The translations under genes were made by a program, and so were the position numbers. Of a stretch of 45,365 nt of DNA, positions 22,492 to 31,191 are shown piece by piece (the stretch's first letter is position 1; the number at the start of each line of letters is the position of its first letter). The stretch comes from an uncultured Oscillospiraceae bacterium. Its GTDB lineage: Bacteria; Bacillota; Clostridia; Oscillospirales; CAG-382. The stretch spans positions 1 to 45,365 of the forward strand of contig CAZYFX010000001.1 in assembly GCA_964646725.1 (NCBI GenBank), read 5' to 3'. The notes beneath the pieces were generated by a model that had not been told where the DNA came from, ran no database searches, and saw only the letters and a program-made list of their open reading frames with translations.

Positions 22492-25400
22492 ATGAAACAC
22501 ACAAACCGTTTGTCCGTTTGGGCGGCACTGCTTGTCTTATGCGGACTGTTTGCCGTATCGGTAAGCGCCGCAGGAGGCGTGCTCGGCGGAACGGGTACCC
22601 CATCCGACCCGTACACCATCGAGGACGCCGCCGATCTTGCGGCTTTCCGCGATCTGGTCAACGCCACGCCCTCCAGCACGGCACATGCCGTATTGACCTC
22701 GGACATCGATCTGGAAAACGAACCGTGGAAACGCATTTACCCCGATTCCGGCTACATCACCGAAGCGTATGCCGGGACGTTTGACGGCGACGGTCACACC
22801 GTCAAGGGTCTGTACATCAACGAAACGACCGCCGATCAGGGTCTGTTCGGCGCGATCGGTCTTGCAAATCTCGACGGCGAGACGGTCACGGCGGTCATCA
22901 AAAATCTGAAGGTTGAGGGCCGGGTTTCGTCGGAGGGCAACTACGTCGGCGGCATCGTCGGACGTGTGAACGCCGGCTCGGTCATCAACTGCTCGTTTGA
23001 CGGCTCGGTCACGTCCTCCAAAAAGAATGCGAACCTCGGCGGTATCGTCGGCTACATCAACGGCGATAAGCCCGAAAAGAAGCCGACCGTCGTGCTTTCG
23101 GGCTGCGTCAACCGCGCGGACGTTTCCTCGGCCGCAAGCGGTTCGGTGGCGGGAGGCCTTGTCGGATACGCCAAGTACACCGAAATATCCGACTGCTACA
23201 ATCTCGGAAGCGTTTCGGGTGCGAACCGAACCGGCGGACTCGGCGGTCAGTTGCAAAACAACGTCACCGCGCGTAACTGCTACACCGCAAACGGTTCCGA
23301 AGCGCTCGTCGGATTTCTGTACAGCTCTTCGTCGCTCACCTCCTGCTACGGACCGGGTGCTTTTAACGCCGGCGGTACGGGAACCGTCACCGACTGCGCC
23401 GTCATCGACCCCGATGGCATGGCGGGGCTTCTTTCCGCACTCGGAAGCGCCTACGTTTCGGATGAGCTCGGGGTCAACGGCGGCTATCCGCTTCTTGCGT
23501 GGGAAAGCGGCGCGGAGCCGACCCACAAAGAGCCGGAGCTTCTGCTGTCGGGCGCGGTCTTACGTTTGACCGCAGGTGAGCCGCATCCCACGACCACGCT
23601 GTCGGTCACCTATAAGGACATGGAGCCGACCGAGGTCGAATGGACGGTAACGGACGGCAAAGACGTTATCGAGCTGGTCGTTCCCGAAAATCCGAGCGAG
23701 ACGGATAGTACACGCATCGTCCGTGCGCTTGCTCCCGGAAAGGCAAATATTCTCGTACAAACCGCCGACGGTGCGTACAGCGCCGCTTGTGAGATTGTCT
23801 GCTATGCGCAGTTGACCGGTCGGCAGATCGCGGGCACGGCGGCGGTCGGCTTCACGGTCGAGGCCGATATCACGGTGCTCGGCGGAAAAAAGTACGACTA
23901 TGACAACTACCCGACGCTCGAATTTCAGTGGAAATATCTGACCGAAGAAGAATATTTGGGCGGTCAGACGGGCGCAAATTCCTATCACATCATCGAAAAC
24001 GCCGTGGGACGCACCTTTACCGTTCCCGCGTCGCTCGAAGGCTGCTATCTGTCCTACACCGTTTTTGTCGGCGGCACGACCGACTCTCCCTCCTCTCCGA
24101 TTCGCGTAAAATCGAATGCCGTCGGAAGCGTGGAGGCCGACAAAGCCGCGCTGAATCTCGACGCTTCGCTTCCCATCAAGGAAGAAACCGTTTTAATTCT
24201 CCCGACAGTGGGAGAAAACGGCTCGAAGATCGTTTGGAGCAGTGACAACGCTTCGGTCATCGACCCGACAAGCGGCGAGGTGACGCTTCCGAAAAAAGGC
24301 ATTGCCGCCGTCACCTTGACAGCGACCCTCTCCAAAGAGGACGCAAGCGCGGAAAAGACGTTTGTGTTCACCGTGTATTCGAAAGCGGCGATTGAGGACG
24401 AAAAGGCCGACAAGGCATCGCGTCTCGATAAGGTCATTCGTTCGCTCCGCAAAAACAAGACCTTCAAGCCGACTTACGGCAAGGATGTCAATGTAACGGA
24501 CATGCTCCTTTCCAAAATCGCCCTGCTTGACGAGCCGAGTATCACCGCCCGTATCACCGATATCGAAACAGTTTACGACGGTGCTTCGATCGACGAAAAC
24601 GGCGCGATCACTTATTTCTATGCCGACCCGCGCACCGCGCCCGCCCGTCACAGCGCGACGATTCGCGTGACCTTTGAGCTGTCGCTCGACGAGGTAAGCG
24701 ACACCTTTACCGCCACGGCCGTAATTCCGTGGGATGTCGAACGTGTCAAGACGCTCATGCGCGAGGAGCTTGTTGACAACACGCACATCGATGTCGATTC
24801 TCCTCTCACGGAAGCCGTCACGCTTCCCGCAAAAATCGACGAAAACGCCTGGGCACTTGTCTCCTGGACGTCCTCCGACCCGTCCGCGCTGTCGGTGGTC
24901 GAAGGAGCGGACAAGACACAGCCGATGAGTGCCGTTCCCCATCGCACCACGACCGCACGGCCTGCCACGCTGACGGCGGCGTATACCTTCGGCTTCACTT
25001 CGACCGACGAGCCGGAGATCGTGCTCTACAAGACCTTTGACTGCACGGTCGCCCCGCTCGACGAAGCGGACGCGGAACGTATTCGCGAAACGCTTGCCCG
25101 GAAACTGGAAAACGGCTTTGAAAAGGCGGGACTTCGCGATGCCTTCGGTACGTCTCTTACCGAAACGGACGGCGTGTACACCGTGAGCGGCGATATTCTG
25201 TACCCGACCACCGCCGATTTCGGTGTGGACGGCAAGGTCACGCCGGTCACCATTACGTCATCGAACGAAGCGCTCATCCTTTCGCCCGATGTGGCCAATG
25301 CGGCGCGCACCGAAGTGTACCGTCCCGCCGTCGGAGAAGATACGGCGCCGGTCACCGTCACCGTGACCTTGACCGACAAAGAAAGCGGACTGTCCGCTTC

Positions 25401-26991
25401 GAAAGAGTTGTCATTCGCCGTTCTGCCGTTGACCGAGGAGGAGATAGATGCCGAACGTGCGCTTCTTTCTCGCGTGTGCGAAGCCTACTTTGACGGCATT
25501 CGCGGCAAAAACAAGACGGCGGAAAACATTCGCTACGACCTTGCGCCCTTTAAAGAGATTTACGAACGGGACGGTGAACTCGTTTGGGTATACGACGCGA
25601 AAAACACGGTCGGTTACGGTGTAGTTCCGACGGCACTCGACGGTTGGGAAGAACTCGAAGCCTGGCGTTTGTTCCGCTCGTCCAATCCGAGCGTAATCAC
25701 CCACGAAAACCTGTTGGTCAGCTTACAAAACAAGGCCAAGTCCGTCACAATCGATTCGGTTCTGTCGAGTGAAACACTCGGACGCTACGGAAAGCTGTAC
25801 CGTGACGATCCCGAAACGTATGCAAAATATGCGGCACTTGCCGATTTGTACGCACGTCCCGTTTCGGCGGAACTTGTCGTGCGCGGAAAATACACTTCCG
25901 CAAGCAACACCGCCCCCACGCCGGTTGTCGAAACGGCGACCGTCACCTTTAACCTGAAAAACGGCAAAAAATCGCTTCTTTCCGAAACGGTGAAGGAATT
26001 GCCCGAGGGCACGACCGTGTTCGACGTGTTTAAAAAGGTATTGGAAGAAAACGGCTACACCTATGTCAACCGCGGCGGCTATCTGGCTTCGGTCACGACG
26101 GCCGACGGAACGGTGCTCGAGGAAATGGGCGCAGGGCCTTATTCGGGCTGGATGTTCAAGGTCAACGGCGAATTTCCGGACACCTATATGAGCGGCTGCG
26201 GCATCGAAAACGGCGATAAGATTCTCGTGTTCTACACCGAGGACTACAACAAGGAATTTGAACCGACCTCCTCCGACACTTCCACGCCGCGCCCGAGTAC
26301 CTCGACCGATGACGGTGCTTCGACCGACGGTAACGACAAAACCGAAGCCGACGAAAAAAACGAAACGGAAGATACGAAAAAGACGGAAGAAACGGACGAT
26401 TCGCAGAAAACCGACGAAACCGAAGCAACCGAAAGCGGACTTGACATTGCGAACTTTACCGACATAACGGAAGAACATTGGGCATTTGCCGCCGTTCGCA
26501 CAGCCTTGCAAAAGGGTCTGATGAACGGAATAAGCGACACGCTTTTCGCACCGGATGACACCTTGACGCGCGCCATGTTCGTCACGATCTTACACCGTGC
26601 CGAAGGAGCACCGAGCGCCGAAGCGGCCGTCACATTCACGGACGTTCCGAAAGACGCATGGTATGCGGACGCACTTACTTGGGCGATCGAACGCGGTGTG
26701 GTCAAAGGGGTGAGCGAAACGGAGTTTGCCCCGGAGGAATCGGTCACGCGCGAGCAGATGGCGTTGATGCTGTACCGCCATGCCGCCGAAAAAGCGGAGT
26801 CCGACGTGTCCGCACTTCCGTTCACCGACCTTGCGGACTGCACGGAGGAAGCGAAATGCGCGATTGCGTGGGCGTATGAAAAAGGCATCCTTCGCGGCAT
26901 GAGCGAGACGGTTTTTGCACCGAAGGAAACGGCAACGCGTGCACAGGCGGCAAAGGTGTTGACCGATTTAACGGAGCGGACACCTGCATAA
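22492..26991 (+). CDS. 1499-aa secreted S-layer-anchored protein: GLUG-type repeats, Ig-like modules, DUF4430 (transcobalamin-beta-like) module, 3 x SLH; putative surface corrinoid-binding protein
   Basis: Start chosen at MKHTNRLSVWAALLVLCGLFAVSVSA (signal peptide, AAAGGA RBS). GLUG-like repeats GLFGAIG, GGIVGRV, LGGIVGY, AGGLVGY and TGGLGGQ. Big_2-like VRALAPGKANILV. The DUF4430 and SLH modules are listed as separate features. Confidence 0.9.
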   Translation: MKHTNRLSVWAALLVLCGLFAVSVSAAGGVLGGTGTPSDPYTIEDAADLAAFRDLVNATPSSTAHAVLTSDIDLENEPWKRIYPDSGYITEAYAGTFDGDGHTVKGLYINETTADQGLFGAIGLANLDGETVTAVIKNLKVEGRVSSEGNYVGGIVGRVNAGSVINCSFDGSVTSSKKNANLGGIVGYINGDKPEKKPTVVLSGCVNRADVSSAASGSVAGGLVGYAKYTEISDCYNLGSVSGANRTGGLGGQLQNNVTARNCYTANGSEALVGFLYSSSSLTSCYGPGAFNAGGTGTVTDCAVIDPDGMAGLLSALGSAYVSDELGVNGGYPLLAWESGAEPTHKEPELLLSGAVLRLTAGEPHPTTTLSVTYKDMEPTEVEWTVTDGKDVIELVVPENPSETDSTRIVRALAPGKANILVQTADGAYSAACEIVCYAQLTGRQIAGTAAVGFTVEADITVLGGKKYDYDNYPTLEFQWKYLTEEEYLGGQTGANSYHIIENAVGRTFTVPASLEGCYLSYTVFVGGTTDSPSSPIRVKSNAVGSVEADKAALNLDASLPIKEETVLILPTVGENGSKIVWSSDNASVIDPTSGEVTLPKKGIAAVTLTATLSKEDASAEKTFVFTVYSKAAIEDEKADKASRLDKVIRSLRKNKTFKPTYGKDVNVTDMLLSKIALLDEPSITARITDIETVYDGASIDENGAITYFYADPRTAPARHSATIRVTFELSLDEVSDTFTATAVIPWDVERVKTLMREELVDNTHIDVDSPLTEAVTLPAKIDENAWALVSWTSSDPSALSVVEGADKTQPMSAVPHRTTTARPATLTAAYTFGFTSTDEPEIVLYKTFDCTVAPLDEADAERIRETLARKLENGFEKAGLRDAFGTSLTETDGVYTVSGDILYPTTADFGVDGKVTPVTITSSNEALILSPDVANAARTEVYRPAVGEDTAPVTVTVTLTDKESGLSASKELSFAVLPLTEEEIDAERALLSRVCEAYFDGIRGKNKTAENIRYDLAPFKEIYERDGELVWVYDAKNTVGYGVVPTALDGWEELEAWRLFRSSNPSVITHENLLVSLQNKAKSVTIDSVLSSETLGRYGKLYRDDPETYAKYAALADLYARPVSAELVVRGKYTSASNTAPTPVVETATVTFNLKNGKKSLLSETVKELPEGTTVFDVFKKVLEENGYTYVNRGGYLASVTTADGTVLEEMGAGPYSGWMFKVNGEFPDTYMSGCGIENGDKILVFYTEDYNKEFEPTSSDTSTPRPSTSTDDGASTDGNDKTEADEKNETEDTKKTEETDDSQKTDETEATESGLDIANFTDITEEHWAFAAVRTALQKGLMNGISDTLFAPDDTLTRAMFVTILHRAEGAPSAEAAVTFTDVPKDAWYADALTWAIERGVVKGVSETEFAPEESVTREQMALMLYRHAAEKAESDVSALPFTDLADCTEEAKCAIAWAYEKGILRGMSETVFAPKETATRAQAAKVLTDLTERTPA
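25936..26250 (+). other. DUF4430 module
   Basis: TVTFNLKNGKKSLLSETVKELPEGTTVFDVFKKVLEENGYTY...GGYLASV...YSGWMFKVNGEFPDTYMSGCGIENGDKILVFYTEDY matches the family pattern (...GW.y.VNG......g...y.l.dGD.i.w.Y). Confidence 0.75.
26455..26975 (+). other. Triple SLH region
   Basis: The three repeats begin at FTDITEEHWAFAAVRTALQKGLMNG, FTDVPKDAWYADALTWAIERGVVKG and FTDLADCTEEAKCAIAWAYEKGILRG, each followed by F.P....TR. Confidence 0.85.
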
Positions 26992-27002
26992 AAGAACACA
27001 AA

Positions 27003-27031
27003 ACGGAGCGGCAATGTGTCGCTCCGTTTTT
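27003..27031 (+). terminator. Intrinsic terminator
   Basis: ACGGAGCG / CGCTCCGT stem, 9-nt loop, TTTTT tail. Confidence 0.75.
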
Positions 27032-27124
27032 ACGGAGAAACCGTCGGTGCAATCGGCAGAATGCACAAATCGTTTGTGCATTCTGCCAAAAAACGGAAAA
27101 TCCGTTGCGAAAACGGGTATTCTA

Positions 27125-27133
27125 TGCTACAAT
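27125..27133 (+). promoter_or_regulatory. Extended -10 element (TGcTACAAT)
   Basis: TGCTACAAT lies ~60 nt upstream of the preferred ATG at 27195. I did not identify a good -35. Confidence 0.4.
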
Positions 27134-27194
27134 GACCTTGTATCGGAAATGCTTTCCGTACATACAAAAAAAGATAAGTAAGGATGAAGTCTTT

Positions 27195-30137
27195 ATGGAA
27201 AAGAAACCTTTGGAAGCGTATATGCTTGCCGACGACGGCTGCTACGGCATGACCTGGCATGAAGCGCCCGGCACCTGCTGGTGGTACGACGGACGCGGCG
27301 CGAAAGAAACGGAGCGCAACTTCGCTCCCTACTCCATCAGCAACGTCAAGGGCGAAGCCCCGACCGGCATGGTGCGCGAGCTTCGCAAAACGTCGGAAGG
27401 CGTGGTCACCGTGTTGGCAAGCGTCAACATTCGCGACGGTTTCGACGGATTGTTCGTGCGCCTGTACGACACCGACAAAAACGACGCCGCCTGCCTGTAT
27501 ACCAAAAACGGCGCTTACTATGCACTCGGCCGCAATCAAAAGGAAAAGCTCCTTTTTGAAGAAAAACGCCCGCTCGGCAAGCACATTTTCAAGCTCGTGC
27601 TCAATTTCGAAACGCACAAGGTTCGCTACTACGTGGACGATGTGTTCGGTGCGGAGCTTCCCATGACCGCGCGTCATATCAAATTCTATAAGATCGGCAC
27701 ATTCGCCGGCCACGTGATCGATGTAACGATGGGCGAAACGCGCATTCAGGCAAACTACGCCTTGCGCGAACGCTTTTCGCTCTATCTGCCCGGCACCGTT
27801 CCCGCCGGCTGGCAGAGCGACTGCACGGAGGACGCTTCCGTCGCAACCGACGGTGAAAACCTCGTTCTGACCGCCGAAAACGGCGCAAAGGCTTCCGTAT
27901 GCGCACCCGTCAAGCCGTGCACGGGCAAATACGCCTTCGAATCCTTCTTCTTCATGCCCGAGCTCGTCAAGGGCGCGGGGGTGGCGCTTCTCTCCGGAGG
28001 AAAGACCGCCTTTGAATTGACCACCGCCGACGGCTTCTTCTGTGTGGACGGAAAGACCGTCCGCTATGCACTTAACGAAATGTGGTACCGTCTGCGCTTT
28101 GAATTTGATACCGCCAAAAAGCAGGTGCTGTTGCGCATCAACGGCAAAAACATCGACACCTTCAAGCTTTCCGGCTCCGTCATCGACGGGATTCGTTTGT
28201 CGCTTGCTTCCGAAAACGCCGTTTTGAAGTGCGACCACATCCACCTGTTCCCCTTGATCGAATACGACGACTACTGCCCCAAGCCCAAGATTCCCAAGGG
28301 CATGAACGACTATGTGATCGGCATGAACATGTGCTCTCTGTGGCACACCGGTTCGCACATCGGTTGGGACTGCATTTCGGCCTACCCCGAGATCAAGCCG
28401 GTCATCGGCTACTATGACGAGGGGCTTCCGGAGGTAGCGGACTGGGAGATCAAGTTCATGCTCGAAAACGGTGTGGACTTCCAGCTGTATTGCTGGTATG
28501 CCAGCGAAAGCAACGCTCCCATGAAAACCACCGTGCTGTCCGAAGCCATCCACGACGGCTACTTCAACTGCAAATACAGCGACATGAGCCGCTTTGCTCT
28601 GCTGTGGGAGGCCGCCAATGCCGCACGTCCCGCAAGCAGTGAGGCGTTCCGCCGCTACTATGTGCCGTACTGGATCGAACAGTTCTTCAGCGATAAGCGC
28701 TACATGACCATCGACAACAAGGCGGTCATGGCCGTGTTCGGTACCTATCAGCTCATTCAGTCGTTGGGCGGCCCCGAAAACGTGCGCAAAGAGTTCGATT
28801 ACCTTGAGAGCGAGCTGAAAAAACTCGGCTACGATGGACTGATCGTCATGGGCTGCGGCGGCCCGAGCCAGGAACTGAAGGATTGCCGTTTTGATGCGGC
28901 GTATGCCTACAACTGGGCGAAGCAGGGCTACGATGCCGACTATACGGCGAACGCCATCCGCGTCCAACAGTCGCTCGACTATGTACACGTCGTGCCCACC
29001 GCGTCCACCGGTTTCAACAACGTGGCGTGGGCGGGAACCCGAAGCCCGAACATGACGGCCGAGGACTTCAAAAAGCTGCACACCGTTTTCCGCGACGAAA
29101 TGCTGCCGTCCTTCAAGGATAAGCCGTCATGGACGCACCGCTTCGTCATGATGTCCAACTGGAACGAATACGGAGAGGGCACCTACATCATGCCGTGCGA
29201 GGGCTTGAACGGCTTCGGCTATCTGAATGCCGTGCGCGACGTTTATACCAAGGAAAAGCCGCACAAGGACGATGTACCCACCAAAAATCAGCTGTCGCGT
29301 CTGTCCTATCTGTATCCGCAAGAGCGTCATATGCTCCGCACCGACGGCCGACTTCCCGCACGTGTGCCCGACAAGGTGCTGCGCACCGTTTCGCTCGGCA
29401 AGGGAAATTTGGAAGAGCATTGGAAAGCGCTCGGTTGCGACGCGGCCTACGAAAAGGGTGCCCTCAAGGGCGTAACGCATATTGCCGACGCCAACCTGTA
29501 TTCCACCGAACCGCTTGCCGTCTCCATGAAGAATGTAACGCATGTGCGCCTTCGCGCCAAGGTTTCCGTGCCGACGACCGTCGAGGTCTTTTATGTAACG
29601 GCCGAGCATCCGGACTTCGTTCAGCACCAGTCGTTCGGCGTAAGCTTAAAGCCGGGCGTGGAGGAAGCGATCTGCGCCGTTCGTCCGATCGACGAAACGA
29701 TCACGGGACTGCGTATCGACCCGGCCAGCGCTCCGAACGTCGAATACGAATTTTACGGAATCGATCTTATGCAGGACACCGGACGGCCGCTGTTTGAGTT
29801 AAACGGCGTCGAACAGCCCATCAATTCGCCGGTACAGCTCAAAGACGGCTACACGCTGTTCCCGTTCAATCCGTACCATGTGTTGGTGTATAAGTTGGGG
29901 CTTTATTACGAATACACGGCAACCGACAAGAAGCTGGCGTTCTATTCGAAGGACGCAAGCATCGTCTTTACGCTCGGTTCACGCAATGTCGTCATCAACG
30001 GTGAAAAGACGCTTTTGAACGCGCCGCTCGAATGCTGTGACGGACTGCCCATGCTGCCGCTCGAGGTCATGAGCCGCGTCTTCGGATTTACGTTTAAGTA
30101 TAAAGCGCCGAAGTTAACGATCACGACAAAAAAATAA
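27195..30137 (+). CDS. GH99/WbsX-like glycoside-hydrolase-family protein (980 aa) with unknown N-terminal beta-rich region and C-terminal copper-amine-oxidase-N-like domain; cytoplasmic
   Basis: Start chosen at MEKKPLEAY, downstream of the -10 element. IGYYDEGLPEVADWEIKFMLENGVDFQLYCWY and MSNWNEYGEGTYIMP resemble WbsX/GH99-like hallmarks (GYYD..., NEWGEG). No signal peptide. Confidence 0.7.
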   Translation: MEKKPLEAYMLADDGCYGMTWHEAPGTCWWYDGRGAKETERNFAPYSISNVKGEAPTGMVRELRKTSEGVVTVLASVNIRDGFDGLFVRLYDTDKNDAACLYTKNGAYYALGRNQKEKLLFEEKRPLGKHIFKLVLNFETHKVRYYVDDVFGAELPMTARHIKFYKIGTFAGHVIDVTMGETRIQANYALRERFSLYLPGTVPAGWQSDCTEDASVATDGENLVLTAENGAKASVCAPVKPCTGKYAFESFFFMPELVKGAGVALLSGGKTAFELTTADGFFCVDGKTVRYALNEMWYRLRFEFDTAKKQVLLRINGKNIDTFKLSGSVIDGIRLSLASENAVLKCDHIHLFPLIEYDDYCPKPKIPKGMNDYVIGMNMCSLWHTGSHIGWDCISAYPEIKPVIGYYDEGLPEVADWEIKFMLENGVDFQLYCWYASESNAPMKTTVLSEAIHDGYFNCKYSDMSRFALLWEAANAARPASSEAFRRYYVPYWIEQFFSDKRYMTIDNKAVMAVFGTYQLIQSLGGPENVRKEFDYLESELKKLGYDGLIVMGCGGPSQELKDCRFDAAYAYNWAKQGYDADYTANAIRVQQSLDYVHVVPTASTGFNNVAWAGTRSPNMTAEDFKKLHTVFRDEMLPSFKDKPSWTHRFVMMSNWNEYGEGTYIMPCEGLNGFGYLNAVRDVYTKEKPHKDDVPTKNQLSRLSYLYPQERHMLRTDGRLPARVPDKVLRTVSLGKGNLEEHWKALGCDAAYEKGALKGVTHIADANLYSTEPLAVSMKNVTHVRLRAKVSVPTTVEVFYVTAEHPDFVQHQSFGVSLKPGVEEAICAVRPIDETITGLRIDPASAPNVEYEFYGIDLMQDTGRPLFELNGVEQPINSPVQLKDGYTLFPFNPYHVLVYKLGLYYEYTATDKKLAFYSKDASIVFTLGSRNVVINGEKTLLNAPLECCDGLPMLPLEVMSRVFGFTFKYKAPKLTITTKK

Positions 30138-30173
30138 GCCGACAAAAGCAACTCGCAAATAAAGGAACAGTCA

Positions 30174-30217
30174 AAGGAGACTGCGGCAGAACGATCTGTT
30201 GCAGTCTCCTTATTTTT
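30174..30217. terminator. Bidirectional intrinsic terminator between convergent genes
   Basis: AAGGAGACTGC / GCAGTCTCCTT stem followed by ATTTTT. It abuts the araC-family stop codon. Confidence 0.7.
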
Positions 30218-31005
30218 CAAATAATGATCTGTTTCCGATCTCGATAGGTTTTGGGCGTCTGCCCGGTCTGCTTCTTGAACACATAGTTGAAATAGCCCTG
30301 ACTGCCGAAACCGCACCGTATCGCGATTTCCACCAACGGAAGATTGCTTTTTCGAAGAAGCTCCTTGGCGCGGCGTACACGCTGTTCGGTCAAATATCCC
30401 GTCGGGGTCACGCCCTTGATGTCCTTGAACACCGTATGAAAAAATCCCGGGCTCAAATGCGCTTGCATGGCCATGTCGGTTAGACTCACCGAGCAGTCTA
30501 ACCGTTTTTTTATATATTCGCAGGCCGCGGAAATGTTGGGCTCGTAGCGAACATACCGTCCGCTGTAAGCCTCGTTGTCCTCGCCGACGAGTATCCCGAC
30601 CAGCTGCATGAGCGCCCCTTGCGTTTCAAGCATACCCGAAAGACGCATGTTTTTCCATGCTTCGGACAAACGGCGAAACAGACGCTCCAAACTCTCCGCA
30701 TCCCGCGTATGCGTAAGCGGGGGCAGCTTGTTCAGCTGTTCGCAGATTGCACGGTCGTTGCACAGAAAATGCACACAGTGGCATTCGAACGCACCCCGAC
30801 TGTAGCGCAGATCACCCGGCTTTGCGACCAGTACGTTTCCCGCCGTCTGCCCATAAGGTGTATCGTTGATAACACTTGTGTTGCCGGAGGTGGTGTACAG
30901 CTCGATCTCGTATTCGTTCACACGGCGAAGCGGCGTTTGAAACGCGGTGAACACGTTGACCGAAATATAATACTCCGCTTTCCGAATTTCAAAAACAGGC
31001 TCCAT
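30217..31005 (-). CDS. AraC/XylS-family transcriptional regulator (262 aa)
   Basis: GGAGG RBS 6 nt upstream of the ATG at 31005 (MEPVFEIRK...). N-terminal cupin-like sensor. C-terminal double HTH: LTDMAMQAHLSPGFFHTVFKDIKGVTPTGYLTEQRVRRAKELL...IAIRCGFGSQGYFNYVFKKQTGQTPKTYR. The listed 392-aa ORF extends upstream without support. Confidence 0.9.
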   Translation of the reverse strand: MEPVFEIRKAEYYISVNVFTAFQTPLRRVNEYEIELYTTSGNTSVINDTPYGQTAGNVLVAKPGDLRYSRGAFECHCVHFLCNDRAICEQLNKLPPLTHTRDAESLERLFRRLSEAWKNMRLSGMLETQGALMQLVGILVGEDNEAYSGRYVRYEPNISAACEYIKKRLDCSVSLTDMAMQAHLSPGFFHTVFKDIKGVTPTGYLTEQRVRRAKELLRKSNLPLVEIAIRCGFGSQGYFNYVFKKQTGQTPKTYRDRKQIII

Positions 31006-31022
31006 GACGACCTCCGCGTAAG

Positions 31023-31169
31023 ATTTCGAAAAAAGCAAGTACGATATCGAAAGACAAATCCTTTTTTTCGTAGCATAATTATAGCATAGTCCTTTGATTT
31101 TGTAAAGACTTATTTCCGCATGGCGGCAAAAAACAAACAGCGAAACAAGAGGAATATTTCGAAAAAAGC
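31023..31169. promoter_or_regulatory. Divergent control region bounded by two identical 14-mers
   Basis: ATTTCGAAAAAAGC at 31023-31036 and again at 31156-31169. AGCATA is repeated at 31072-31077 and 31083-31088. Confidence 0.4.
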
Positions 31170-31191
31170 TTATAGGAAAGGATGAAACGGT

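Noticed and set aside
21904-22603. Several 75-174 aa ORFs between the CNNM gene and the large surface protein
   Set aside because: They overlap the cobalamin riboswitch and its leader. The conserved RNA motifs explain the region, and none of the ORFs has an RBS.
27030-29081. 683-aa minus-strand ORF
   Set aside because: It is antisense to the GH99/WbsX-like gene. It shows shadow-ORF composition (many R, G, A, V, H), no RBS and no motifs.
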